Shown here in pieces: positions 27,678 through 37,667 of a stretch of 64,000 nucleotides of DNA; positions within the stretch are counted from its first letter, which is position 1; each line of letters begins with the position of its first letter. The translations under genes and the position numbers were made by a program. The stretch is from Candidatus Aenigmatarchaeota archaeon (GTDB lineage Archaea > Aenigmatarchaeota > Aenigmatarchaeia > Aenigmatarchaeales > Aenigmatarchaeaceae), in contig JBDRJK010000014.1 in assembly GCA_043814985.1 (NCBI GenBank), forward strand, positions 34,369 through 98,368. The letters are read 5' to 3'. The notes under the pieces are model-generated. The model was not told the DNA's origin, did no database searches, and saw only the letters and a list, made by a program, of their open reading frames with translations.

Positions 27678-30600
27678 TTGAAAATTATAGTAATGTTTAT
27701 ATGGTGGGCTATAATAATATTTTTAGGTGTTGTATTGAATAAAAAGGGTTTTATTAAGTTTAGTCTGCTTTCTATGGTATTTTTATCAATTATTGCAGTC
27801 ATGGTCCTCTGGGTTCTACCAGCATTCGCTGATGTTGATCCAGGAGAACTGCAGGGTTATGACTTTTGTGGTGGGTATCCTTGCCCTTCTTGGGTTAATT
27901 TGACAAGAGGAGACATGTTCTTTGCAGACGGAAATGATGTTTATATAATTGCCAACATCAGCTGTGCAAATCCCCCAGGAGAAAATATTTGTAATTCAAG
28001 CATGACTGTTGATGCCGATTTTTCCCAAATAGGAGGAAGCGATGTCCAGCCCGGTGTATTCAAGCAAAACGGAACAGATGCCAGCTGGGCTATTTTCGAG
28101 TTTAATGATACAGTAGACTTCACATCATTGTCAGTAGAACAGATTCAACCTAATAACATTACCATGAACGCAACAATTTTTAACACTACTTCTGATTCAT
28201 ACGAAACATATGACTTGCCCAGTTTTTTTGCTCCAGTATTGCTGGTTAACATGTCAACTTTCGGTTGCCCTTCAGAAGGTCAGCCGGGAGTCTTTTTCCC
28301 CGAGGTTCCGGGGTGGAATGCGTCAAATTCGTCTCCGGTATTTAGTCCTATACAGGCAGTGGGATGTACGCAAAACGTTTCATTGTGCTCTTATATGGAC
28401 ACATACGGTCCTGGGACATGGAACGGCACGCACTGGTTGGTATGCGCACCCAACTTTGGAGGGTCAACAACAAACTTTACGGAGATAGCGGATGCAGGCA
28501 ATTTCTCTGCCATACAAAACTTCACCATAGAAGTTCCGGGAAAAGCCAAAATCATTTTCCAGACAAATGTTAGTTTCGATTCCCAGCAAGAATCTCAGGC
28601 CATAATGGAATTCGCTATGAAAAGTGTTATGGGAGGAGGAAGAGTGGGAATCAATGACACGGAGTTCTGTGGAGACAGTTGCGGTCAGCCCGATAAACCT
28701 AACCTAAATCTGTCTGCAAGGTTAACAATCTACAATGTTTCCGGCCAGTTAGGAATAACAGGAAATCCACAAATAATAAGGATGGGCTACGACGGTTCGA
28801 ATCCACAATCATGCCCACCGAGCATATGTTCTGACATTATCTGGGACGGAGAGAATCTAACATTTACAGTTTCAAGCTTTTCCAGCTATCAGGCCACTGA
28901 TGGTATAAACGTATCTCTTGTTTCGCCTGGAAACACCAATTGGACGAACAACAGAACTATTAATTTTAATTACATGCCTGTTTGGAACGATTCTATGACA
29001 ATGAGCAACTGCACACTTTTTGGAAACTTTACAGGCAGCTGGGAGGCAAATGAGACCAACAGCACTCCACTTTCAAATGGCGCTACAAATATCATTTCAA
29101 ACACTGTGAACGATGATGTCGCATACTTGTGGAACGTGGAATGTTATGATAACACAGGATTGGGTGATACAGGAACAACTAATTATACTGTCATGGTGGA
29201 TAGCATAGCTCCAACATGGTCTAATCAAAGCTACAATACAACACCCAATTACTCGTCATCGACACCTTCCTACTTCAACATAAGCTGGTCAGATGCCAAT
29301 GGAATATCAAAAGTCATTCTGGTTGGCAACTGGTCGGGCGGTCAAGAGTATGAGATGAACAACTTGGGCGGCGACGTTTACGGCTTCAATATCACTCTAC
29401 CAGCTGGTATTTATTATTGGCTGTCTTATGCAAACGACTCTTCAAACTATACAAATACATCAAACGGTTGGGCATTCATAATAGGTCAGGCATCTAATCC
29501 TGTTAGTCTTTATTTCAATGGAACCCAGAACTTAAACAAGACATACACTTATCCAGAAGCTGTTAACGCTACTGGAACATCAACCGTGTTAACACCATCT
29601 CTGTACAGAGATGGTGCATCAGTAGGAACTGATGAGCAAGTATTGCTTGGGAATGGGACGTATGCTTACAAGATAAATGCAACCGGTAACGCTAACTATT
29701 CAGACAATGTAACCGGTCTGACCTATTACGCACTTGTGAATATGGGAATGCCTTCAACAATTTTGGAATGGAATGAGAGCACGCCAGTTGATTTTGGATT
29801 CATAATAAATTTCACATCATACTCTTCAGATACAACTCTTGCAACAACATTTTACGCCAACTACTCTGGTGTTTTGGCTAACATATCTCCAGCAACTACT
29901 GGTCTTAACACAAACATAACCGATACATCTAATCTTGGTTTGGGTGTGTATCAAGTTGCTGCCAACACTACAGGCAATGCTAACTATTCAGACAACTCAA
30001 CCTTGGAGACCATAGTGTTTACAGTTTCTGATATCTCTTCACCTACATGGTCTGTCAACCAGAGCTCCAACCCGACGAACTATTCTTCAACTCTCAGTAC
30101 ATTCAACGTGACATGGAACGACAATACAGATATTTCCGACGTACTGATAACAATCAGGAATTCTACGGGCGTTTTAATCAACAACGCTTCCATGACCAAT
30201 GACACCTTTAATGGTTCTATCTATAATTATTCTATAATATTGCCAGCTGACACATACAACTGGACAGCATATGCCAACGATACTTCTGGAACTTGGAACG
30301 CAACAGACACTTGGATATTTACGATTAGCCAAGCCAATAACCCAGTCAGCCTTTATTTCAACGGCACAGAGAACGCAAACAAAACATACACCTACCCAGC
30401 AGCAATCAACGCAACAGCAACATCTGGAGGAACTGTTTATCTTTATAGGAACGGAACCCACATAGCCAATGGAACTTCTCCACAAGCAGAAAATATCCTA
30501 TTGGGAAACAACACCTACCCGTACAAAGTCAATGCAACTGGAAATGCAAACTATACTAGCAATTCAACAGGCCTGACTTATTATGCTTCTGTCAACAAAG

Positions 30601-31679
30601 GGACATTGGTTCTGATGATTAATGCAACACCTTCAACCTCGGTCACATATCCTGCCGAGACAACAGTCACTGGAACAGAAAACAACATTAATGATACGAA
30701 TGTCACATACAGGCTTTGGAGAGACGCTACCTTGGTCGACAACACAACCCCTTACCAGGAAGTTACAACCCTAGGCGGAGGCACATACGTCTACAGGTTC
30801 AATACAACAGGCAATGGGAACTGGACTGCCGACCCAGTTGGCGTTACACTAACAATGACTGTCGCAGGAGCTGCCTTCACGCCTGGTGGCGGAAGCGGTA
30901 CTGTACCAATTCCCACAAAAATGACAAGAACGCCCGGAAAAGTCAATATCACTGTTCCGTCCATATCAGCAGGCAGGACATTGAATATTACAATACAGAA
31001 AACAGAGGACATAGCATTCAGAAAGCTAAGCGTCACTATGATCAACACTGCGAGCAAGATAGGGATAATCATAACCAAGCTGTCAAGAATGCCCTCAACC
31101 ATATCTCATGATATAGAAGGAAAGGTTTACCATTACATCAATGTAGAAAAGGATAACATCACTGACGCGGACATCAACAGGACAATAATAAGGCTTGCTG
31201 TCAACAATACCTGGCTGTCTGACAACAACATCAACTCTTTGAATATCAGTCTCTACAGGTGGGAAGACACCAACTGGAACGAACTGCCGACCTACTATTC
31301 TTTTAATGATTCCTTTGAGTATTATTACGAGGCCATATCACCCGGGTTTTCCGTGTTCGCGATTGGAGAATCGGGTAGCGCGCCTGAAATAGAGGAGACA
31401 GCATGCTCAGAGAGCTGGTCATGCACTGAATGGTCAGAATGCTCTAATACAACACAAACAAGAACATGCACTGACTCCAATTCCTGCGGTACAACTGCCA
31501 GCAAGCCCACTGAAACACAGGAATGTGGAACAGTTGAGGCAGATATCACAGTCGAAGAATTGCCAACAGCAACAATTGTGGCAGTCGCGCTGCTAATCGT
31601 GATAGTTATTGCCGTACTTCTTTTCCTCAAGAGCAGGGGAAAAATCACTGTTGGATCTCCAAAAGAGGACTATTATTAG
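27678..31679 (+). CDS. giant N-glycosylation-sequon-rich cell-surface protein, type I membrane topology
   Basis: 1333 aa. N-terminal hydrophobic signal sequence, N-x-S/T sequons about every 10-12 residues, internal tandem domain repeats, a conserved C-terminal module, and a C-terminal TM helix with a short basic tail (LLFLKSRGKI...). The annotated start is TTG; ATG at 27693 is an alternative. Confidence 0.6.
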   Translation: MKIIVMFIWWAIIIFLGVVLNKKGFIKFSLLSMVFLSIIAVMVLWVLPAFADVDPGELQGYDFCGGYPCPSWVNLTRGDMFFADGNDVYIIANISCANPPGENICNSSMTVDADFSQIGGSDVQPGVFKQNGTDASWAIFEFNDTVDFTSLSVEQIQPNNITMNATIFNTTSDSYETYDLPSFFAPVLLVNMSTFGCPSEGQPGVFFPEVPGWNASNSSPVFSPIQAVGCTQNVSLCSYMDTYGPGTWNGTHWLVCAPNFGGSTTNFTEIADAGNFSAIQNFTIEVPGKAKIIFQTNVSFDSQQESQAIMEFAMKSVMGGGRVGINDTEFCGDSCGQPDKPNLNLSARLTIYNVSGQLGITGNPQIIRMGYDGSNPQSCPPSICSDIIWDGENLTFTVSSFSSYQATDGINVSLVSPGNTNWTNNRTINFNYMPVWNDSMTMSNCTLFGNFTGSWEANETNSTPLSNGATNIISNTVNDDVAYLWNVECYDNTGLGDTGTTNYTVMVDSIAPTWSNQSYNTTPNYSSSTPSYFNISWSDANGISKVILVGNWSGGQEYEMNNLGGDVYGFNITLPAGIYYWLSYANDSSNYTNTSNGWAFIIGQASNPVSLYFNGTQNLNKTYTYPEAVNATGTSTVLTPSLYRDGASVGTDEQVLLGNGTYAYKINATGNANYSDNVTGLTYYALVNMGMPSTILEWNESTPVDFGFIINFTSYSSDTTLATTFYANYSGVLANISPATTGLNTNITDTSNLGLGVYQVAANTTGNANYSDNSTLETIVFTVSDISSPTWSVNQSSNPTNYSSTLSTFNVTWNDNTDISDVLITIRNSTGVLINNASMTNDTFNGSIYNYSIILPADTYNWTAYANDTSGTWNATDTWIFTISQANNPVSLYFNGTENANKTYTYPAAINATATSGGTVYLYRNGTHIANGTSPQAENILLGNNTYPYKVNATGNANYTSNSTGLTYYASVNKGTLVLMINATPSTSVTYPAETTVTGTENNINDTNVTYRLWRDATLVDNTTPYQEVTTLGGGTYVYRFNTTGNGNWTADPVGVTLTMTVAGAAFTPGGGSGTVPIPTKMTRTPGKVNITVPSISAGRTLNITIQKTEDIAFRKLSVTMINTASKIGIIITKLSRMPSTISHDIEGKVYHYINVEKDNITDADINRTIIRLAVNNTWLSDNNINSLNISLYRWEDTNWNELPTYYSFNDSFEYYYEAISPGFSVFAIGESGSAPEIEETACSESWSCTEWSECSNTTQTRTCTDSNSCGTTASKPTETQECGTVEADITVEELPTATIVAVALLIVIVIAVLLFLKSRGKITVGSPKEDYY
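29200..30600 (+). repeat. tandem intragenic domain repeats, about 550 nt each, inside the 27678 gene
   Basis: Units at about 29200-29745 and 30030-30600 both encode ..APTWS(N/V)NQS..NYSS..(F)N(I/V)(S/T)W.D... followed by ..SNPVSLYFNGT.N.NKTYTYP.A(V/I)NAT...NATGNANY(S/T).N.TGLTYYA... Roughly 70-75% nt identity in sampled stretches. Confidence 0.5.
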
Positions 31680-31712
31680 ACTTAAATTCTTTACATTTCA
31701 AATTATAAGATA

Positions 31713-31721
31713 AGTTTTTTA
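31713..31721 (+). terminator. oligo-T tract after the 1333-aa surface-protein gene
   Basis: agtttttta sits about 35 nt after the stop. Confidence 0.25.
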
Positions 31722-31725
31722 AAAC

Positions 31726-32067
31726 GTGTTTATTATGCCACAAGATTGCGAAACAAAAATGGGACTGTTTTTTTACCGTTTGGACGACCACTCACCTCTA
31801 ACAAAGGATGAGGTTGTTGACGTGAAAGGGAACACTATATATGAATCTAAAACACTTCAGAAAATGATAAGCCAAATGAGAGAAAAAGTAGACATGATAA
31901 GAAAAAACAACGGATGCAGCAGAAAAAATATAAATTTAGGATTGGCGCCATGCTATGTCGCAGAAGAAAAATTGTTAAAATGCGCTAATCCGACAGCCTC
32001 CTTCGAAGTAATACCTGAATTAAATCCTGTTAATATGTCAGATTACAACTTCTTTGAATTGTGTTAG
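31726..32067 (+). CDS. hypothetical small protein
   Basis: 113-aa ORF with no recognizable motifs. Sits between a T-tract following the upstream gene and the repeat scar region. Confidence 0.25.
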   Translation: MFIMPQDCETKMGLFFYRLDDHSPLTKDEVVDVKGNTIYESKTLQKMISQMREKVDMIRKNNGCSRKNINLGLAPCYVAEEKLLKCANPTASFEVIPELNPVNMSDYNFFELC

Positions 32068-32081
32068 AAACAGAAAAAAAA

Positions 32082-32177
32082 TTAAGAAAAGTTCACTACG
32101 TCTCCATTCTCAGGAGCGATCGCGTCAAAGCCTCTACCTCTCAACTCAGTTGCAAACCTTTCAAAAAAAGTTCTGCA
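32082..32177 (-). pseudogene. relic 3' end (~30 codons) of a beta-CASP/MBL nuclease gene paralogous to 39174-40415
   Basis: Translation ...FFERFATELRGRGFDAIAPENGDVVNFS* parallels the intact gene's C-terminus ...CERFATELRGRGFDTIAPKNGDVVNI*. The nucleotide core 32124-32163 is nearly identical to 39213-39252, while the flanks differ mostly at synonymous positions. The rest of the 159-aa ORF is antisense overlap with the 32287 gene and shows no similarity. Confidence 0.5.
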
Positions 32178-32222
32178 GGAAAAACCAGCGTTTTTCATTA
32201 TTTCTTGCTGTTTTTGTAATAA
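32163..32222 (+). repeat. relic copy of the 5' end (start/signal-peptide region) of the 32287 surface-protein gene; start codon lost
   Basis: 32163-32222 (tcaaaaaaagttctgcaggaaaaaccagcgtttttcattatttcttgctgtttttgtaata) is about 90% identical to 32305-32367, which encodes MKKGREGKTSGFSLLLAVFVIF. In the copy, ATG is replaced by TCA. Confidence 0.5.
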
Positions 32223-32286
32223 GATATAATACAAAAATATATAAGGCACCTTTATCAAATAATCCTTATAAATTTTGGTGTAGTGT

Positions 32287-35200
32287 TTGCGTGAAGGTGT
32301 GAAAATGAAAAAAGGTCGTGAAGGAAAAACCAGCGGTTTTTCATTATTACTTGCGGTTTTTGTAATATTCTTACTTTCCTTTAACGTATTGACTTTTGCG
32401 GAACCAGAAGAAAATCCATGCGAATTGAAGTTCTGCCTAGTTGATGCTTTTGGCACGGAGGATAATGAGAGTATTGTTGTTTGTGCCGGCACATCAGAAG
32501 AAGTTAACTGGTTTAACATATGGTATAATGGAACAATGCTAAACACCACAAACGGTGGCATAATAAGCGCCCGATACTATGATTACAGCCTTGGCGCTAC
32601 AAACGGAACTGACTACAACAACGAGCCAATGAGCAATTTGTCTGATCCGTCATGCGTGTTGCTTGTTTTGAATGGGACCGATGCGCCGTTTACCAATCAG
32701 ACCATGCAAATCAATGCCACGGTTGGCAACAAGACAGACTATGCTGTTGCGGCCTATTCAGAATGCGGTCTTTCAGGATGTAACGGCACCATGTTCACGA
32801 TAAATTATGTTTCTCTGCAGGCTAATGACGCCTCAGGTGCGGCAGGTCTGCCGAACACAGCATTCATGGTCTTTGACAACAGCACCAAGTCGTTTTTGTT
32901 GGAAGGGCCTGCTCTCTCAGATACAGACGGCTATTGGGCCGAGCATTGTATGGGCGTTGTGACTGGAGGCGATTGTGTCAACCTGACACCGTTGATAGAG
33001 CCTAACATGTGCTTTTACCACGGGATAAGTTTTCCTCTTAACGATACAGACTCTCTATGCACTATAAACCAGACAACTACAATCATTGCCCTGGACTTTA
33101 TATCCTCGAACAAGTCCGAGCAAAACGTTACGCCAGGCACACCGCTTTCGCTAAACCTTGGCACACCCGCGTCCATGGCCATGGTAATGGTTTCTCTATG
33201 GTCCCCAAATTCATTCCAGCAAGAGAACATACCAAACCAGCTAAACGTCCATGACAATGCGACTGACGAGCTTTTGTTTATTGTCACGGGCCAGGACAAG
33301 ACAATGCCCGCCTTCCTGGAGCCATTCAAACACTATAAAATAAAGTTTAACTATGGCGGGAGAAACTATAGTTTCCCATTCATGACGCCTGTTTCAGGCA
33401 TGACAGGAGCTCAAATATTCCTGGCAAACAACACCACGCACACAGATTCCGACTACAGAACGATTGTCGGAAAGGTGGTAAACCAGACATCCGACTCTTC
33501 AGGCAACAAGTATCCTGTGCCGAATGCCACTGTCTATGCCCAGTTCTTCAAGGGCCCGAGCGGCGCGTTCGGAATACAGTTCTTCAACTCTTCCGTGACC
33601 GACGAGAACGGCATGTTCTCCATGAGGATTCCGAAATCGCTGCCCCCGAGCGAGCATTCGCAAGGCGACATGTACTTCCCGCAATACCAGTTCTTCATAG
33701 TCAGCGACAAGACAAGCGATGGCGTGCCTGTCTACTACCCCACGATAGACAACAACAATAACAGAGGGTATTTTGCAATAGGCGACACTGTCGTGCTCCC
33801 GCCACTGACTCTCAAGGCCGGTGGGCTTGTCGATGCCAGACTTACGCTCAACAGCGCAAGAATGATCATAAGCGAGCTCAGCAAGTTCTCCTCCACGGGG
33901 ACAGGCATCCAAAGGGACGATGTCACAGGGAAATTCTCGATGACGTCAATGTTCGAGAATGTGAACCCGCCATCAAGCATGAACATGTCATTCCTTTCCC
34001 CTGTCGGAAACAATATGGTCATTGACTTTTTCGGCAAGAACACGACAATGGGGGATCCGATGTCCGGCTCGATAATGAGGGCATGCTTCAACATTTCCGC
34101 GAACGTCACGCAGGGCATCATATCTTCAATAAGGTGCAATCTCACAGAGCCTGGTTATCTGAACCTTACTGTTTACACGTGCAATGACATATTCGACTAT
34201 AATATTTCTGACGAGTCCAAATGCTCAAACCTGCAGAACACGATGAACAGGAACAAGGCAGGCTCCTTTGACTTCTGGTTCGAGACAAGCGGCATTATCC
34301 GCAACAGCAACGGCCAAGTTGTTGTCTTGATAAATCCCGAAGGCGTGCTGCTTGAGAACCTTGTCGGTTTCGGGAGCCAGTCACCGACGCTTAGCGTGCC
34401 GCTGCCAGCGGGAAACTACACGCTAGAACTAACCTCATCATTCGATTTCAGCCAGTACCTTAGTGTTTACAACAAGACAAACATCTCAATAGCGCCAGGA
34501 GCAACTGTTGTTATGAACCTTGCTAGGGCTGAGAACTGGAACATACAGCCGATGTTCAATCCGTCCATGGCGCTTTCAGACAACAACAATATCAACGTTT
34601 CTATAATGACAAAGCAGGGCACGATGCTAAACGGTACGAGAGTCGCCTTGACAGCCAGAATACTTTTCCTAAACAAAACTGTGGCAAATGCAACAACAAT
34701 AACATTCAGCTACGACTCTAACAGGAATACGTTCTACAACCTTACTTTTAGGCCGGCCTCCTTTAACCTCGATGCAGGCAAGTACATAATGCTTCTCAAT
34801 GCAAGCAACTTCAGCGGAAACACCCTTTACACTTCCACCAATACCATGCAGTTCAATGCGTACGATTTCCAGGTCGGTATGGACCTGGGCGGCTTCACCT
34901 TCGGCACGAACCAGACCGTGAACGGAAAGATATTCGTCTTCAACACGAGCACCAATCCGCCGACAGGAATCAACTCAACCAGCATAGGCGCCGACAAGAA
35001 CGTGACAGTCAAGATGTACGACTCTACTGGCACAGAGGTTTCTGTTGCCTATAGCGCATCCAACATAACAGACGGCCAGGGATACGTGAACTTGACAATG
35101 CCTACTACTTTAGGATTCTACCAGGTAGTGACTTCTGTGACAGCCGACAACTGCTTCTCGGAAGGCTGCACAAACGGCACTGTAGGAGTGTCTGACAACT

Positions 35201-37665
35201 GGGTCCAGATAAGCAACATAAATATCAAGACCACGACAGACAGGCAGAGATACCAGCCATCGGACAATGTCGCTTTGACCATTCAGGTTTCCAACTCAAC
35301 TACAGGTGCGGCAATCAGCGGCGCGTCGGTCGAGGTTGTGGCTGACAGCAGCGACACGCCTGCAATAGGAACGACGGGCTCCGACGGCAAGGCCACTATA
35401 ACGCTTAACTCTTCCACGCACTCTGGGAGCACTTCGTGGTCATACGGATGGCACAACCTCAGGATAAAAATATCCAAGAACATCGGAAGCAATGTTGTCA
35501 AGCTGGAGACGTGGTTCGGCTTTGACGTCAGGGGAACAGACCTGTTTGTCAGGCCAGAAAGGCCCTCGTACCAGACTACTGACAACGTGACAATACTTAT
35601 GTACGGTCCTTTGGAAAGTTTCACAATACCACCGTCAGGCGTCAAGGTGGACGGCACAACGCTTTCGCAAGGATCGCTTGACAACTGCGACCCGACGCCG
35701 AATGTGACATTCTGCATAAACGACGCCTGGAGCAGCGGCTCAAAGGAGGTAAAGATCGGGAACTGGTCTGTCGGGCACCACAATGTCGAGATAACGTCCT
35801 CCACAGGCGGCGGCCAGCAGAAATTCTATGTAGGCTTTGATGTGAACTCATTCAACATCATGACGTCGACAGACAAGTTCAGCTACGACCTCAATGAGAA
35901 CATAACGCTGAGCGTCAAGGCAACAGCAATAAACGGCACCGCATTATCAGGACAGAACTTTACTGCCACTCTTTACAAGGCACAGCCGCCAAACGACATA
36001 CTTGTCGCCGGGGCAAACGGCACCACGAACTCCACGGGGCAGGCCACTGTCACATTGAACGCAACAAAGCCCGGCTTCAACTATATAATGATAAACATGG
36101 GAGGGCAGAAACAGTTCATGGGCGTGCAGGTTTCAACACTCAAGGTAACTCTTCTATCAGGTGAGCCTGGGCCGAGTGCATCTATAGTAGATAACTATGA
36201 CGTCTCGCCTGGCAGCACTGTTATAATCTATGTCAATGCCACGAGAGGTGGCGCCAGCGTGCCTGACGGGACAGCGGTTTCAGCAAAGCTCTGGTCATTT
36301 GGAAACTACATCGAGATACCGTTCAACACCACTACCAACGGAAACGCGACAATTTCCTTGGATATACCGGCGTTCTCGCCGCTTCAAAAGTACGGATTAG
36401 AAATTAGGCTAACGTCTCCAGACGGCGAGCAAGGATTTGCGCCGCCAGCGACAGTCACAGTTACGGGCGGGGCAGCGCTCCAACTGAGCGCCATATCAGA
36501 CAGGTCTTTCAACAGCCCCTACAAGTCAGGAGACAATGCGACCCTGACGGCAAAGCTGACTTACACGAACGGCACCGGAGTGAGCGGCTATATTGTAACC
36601 TTTGAAGTCGGATCAGATGGAACAACCCCGCGCGTTGTCGGAACAGCCACTACCGGAAGCGACGGCACTGCAAGAAAGACCATGACAATAACGAGCAACT
36701 ATACTGACGGCCCTTACTTTTTGCATGCATACATTACAAACAGCAGCGATGTACAGTCCTACTCAGGCTTCATTGTGAGCAGTCTCAGGGTAGTTGCAAG
36801 CGCAAACAGCAACACATATTCTCCGGGAGATAATGTGATGCTGAATATATCTGTTTACAACAGGACATCCGGATTGCGAATAAACGCGACAAGCGGATTC
36901 CTTTTCATCTTCAACAAGGATAAGGGAGAGATACAGCAGTATGTCGACACCTCTGGACAGGCGCAGCCGTACCGGGTGAACATCTCGATACCCAACGAAA
37001 TTAGTGCCATAGGCACTTATCCGATTGCTGTCGACATGTTCGTTAACCAGTCACACGGCTTCGGATTCGTGATGGTCAACGTCAAAAACGCCTCGCAAAG
37101 CCTGAACATGACAATGCCCGATTCAATAGATGCGGGAACATACTTCCTTGTCAACATAAGCTCGAGCCTCAACGGCACGGTCACTCTGAGGGCCTTCTCG
37201 CCAGCGGCATCAAGTCTGGTTTACGAAAACACAAGCATAGCCCTGAGCTCAGGATCCCTGCCAAACGCCACGATAAACATGTCAATAACAGACCCGGGCG
37301 TGTACGTGTTTAATGCGTTTGTCAGCGGCATAGGCATGACAACGCAAGTTGTCACAGTGTCCCCGCCAACAAGCGGGACTGTACCCGCGATATGGACAGG
37401 CTCTGCCTTGGCAACAAACGCGACAACGTTCGATGCAACGAGCAGCGTCTACATACTTTGCAACATACCGAATGCAATAGCATCGGTTCTTACTTTAGAT
37501 GAGAACACGACAATAACCATGCAGGTGCCCCTGTCCTTAACAACAGGAAGCAATTACTATAGCATACTGAACAGCACGGCGCTCGTCAGCGGGAGAAAGT
37601 ATTTTGTGCGCCTCGATACTAACACGTCCACGGGAGTCTACAACACGATGTTTACGGTGAACTGA
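32287..37665 (+). CDS. giant sequon-rich cell-surface protein (1792 aa), compositionally foreign (GC-rich)
   Basis: Signal peptide FSLLLAVFVIFLLSFNVLTFA, very dense N-x-S/T, Thr/Ser/Asn/Gly-rich beta-type composition. Sampled GC is about 50-57% against about 35-42% in flanking genes, with frequent GCG/CCG/ACG/TCG codons that are rare elsewhere in the window. Confidence 0.6.
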   Translation: MREGVKMKKGREGKTSGFSLLLAVFVIFLLSFNVLTFAEPEENPCELKFCLVDAFGTEDNESIVVCAGTSEEVNWFNIWYNGTMLNTTNGGIISARYYDYSLGATNGTDYNNEPMSNLSDPSCVLLVLNGTDAPFTNQTMQINATVGNKTDYAVAAYSECGLSGCNGTMFTINYVSLQANDASGAAGLPNTAFMVFDNSTKSFLLEGPALSDTDGYWAEHCMGVVTGGDCVNLTPLIEPNMCFYHGISFPLNDTDSLCTINQTTTIIALDFISSNKSEQNVTPGTPLSLNLGTPASMAMVMVSLWSPNSFQQENIPNQLNVHDNATDELLFIVTGQDKTMPAFLEPFKHYKIKFNYGGRNYSFPFMTPVSGMTGAQIFLANNTTHTDSDYRTIVGKVVNQTSDSSGNKYPVPNATVYAQFFKGPSGAFGIQFFNSSVTDENGMFSMRIPKSLPPSEHSQGDMYFPQYQFFIVSDKTSDGVPVYYPTIDNNNNRGYFAIGDTVVLPPLTLKAGGLVDARLTLNSARMIISELSKFSSTGTGIQRDDVTGKFSMTSMFENVNPPSSMNMSFLSPVGNNMVIDFFGKNTTMGDPMSGSIMRACFNISANVTQGIISSIRCNLTEPGYLNLTVYTCNDIFDYNISDESKCSNLQNTMNRNKAGSFDFWFETSGIIRNSNGQVVVLINPEGVLLENLVGFGSQSPTLSVPLPAGNYTLELTSSFDFSQYLSVYNKTNISIAPGATVVMNLARAENWNIQPMFNPSMALSDNNNINVSIMTKQGTMLNGTRVALTARILFLNKTVANATTITFSYDSNRNTFYNLTFRPASFNLDAGKYIMLLNASNFSGNTLYTSTNTMQFNAYDFQVGMDLGGFTFGTNQTVNGKIFVFNTSTNPPTGINSTSIGADKNVTVKMYDSTGTEVSVAYSASNITDGQGYVNLTMPTTLGFYQVVTSVTADNCFSEGCTNGTVGVSDNWVQISNINIKTTTDRQRYQPSDNVALTIQVSNSTTGAAISGASVEVVADSSDTPAIGTTGSDGKATITLNSSTHSGSTSWSYGWHNLRIKISKNIGSNVVKLETWFGFDVRGTDLFVRPERPSYQTTDNVTILMYGPLESFTIPPSGVKVDGTTLSQGSLDNCDPTPNVTFCINDAWSSGSKEVKIGNWSVGHHNVEITSSTGGGQQKFYVGFDVNSFNIMTSTDKFSYDLNENITLSVKATAINGTALSGQNFTATLYKAQPPNDILVAGANGTTNSTGQATVTLNATKPGFNYIMINMGGQKQFMGVQVSTLKVTLLSGEPGPSASIVDNYDVSPGSTVIIYVNATRGGASVPDGTAVSAKLWSFGNYIEIPFNTTTNGNATISLDIPAFSPLQKYGLEIRLTSPDGEQGFAPPATVTVTGGAALQLSAISDRSFNSPYKSGDNATLTAKLTYTNGTGVSGYIVTFEVGSDGTTPRVVGTATTGSDGTARKTMTITSNYTDGPYFLHAYITNSSDVQSYSGFIVSSLRVVASANSNTYSPGDNVMLNISVYNRTSGLRINATSGFLFIFNKDKGEIQQYVDTSGQAQPYRVNISIPNEISAIGTYPIAVDMFVNQSHGFGFVMVNVKNASQSLNMTMPDSIDAGTYFLVNISSSLNGTVTLRAFSPAASSLVYENTSIALSSGSLPNATINMSITDPGVYVFNAFVSGIGMTTQVVTVSPPTSGTVPAIWTGSALATNATTFDATSSVYILCNIPNAIASVLTLDENTTITMQVPLSLTTGSNYYSILNSTALVSGRKYFVRLDTNTSTGVYNTMFTVN

Positions 37666-37667
37666 AA

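Noticed and set aside
27678-27695. TTG start codon for the 1333-aa surface protein
   Set aside because: Not dismissed, but uncertain. An in-frame ATG at 27693 gives a normal signal peptide (MFIWWAIIIFLGVV...). Either start is compatible with the sequence.
30174-30485. 103-aa minus-strand ORF extremely rich in cysteine (CCCCVDCCWVGVCFVCVLC), resembling a metallothionein or Fe-S peptide
   Set aside because: It is antisense within the 1333-aa surface-protein gene. The Cys codons are the reverse complement of the abundant Thr/Asn codons (aca/aac). It is an artefact of composition.
27678-31679. CRISPR-like or other non-coding periodic repeats in the surface-protein genes
   Set aside because: The periodicity is at the protein level: domain repeats within one continuous 4-kb reading frame. 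There are no short exact direct repeats with unique spacers, so this is not a CRISPR array.
32082-32561. Full 159-aa minus-strand ORF as a genuine protein-coding gene
   Set aside because: Only the last 30 or so codons resemble anything (the beta-CASP C-terminus). The remainder is antisense to the start of the 1792-aa gene and its upstream region, so it is treated as a pseudogene relic plus chance ORF.
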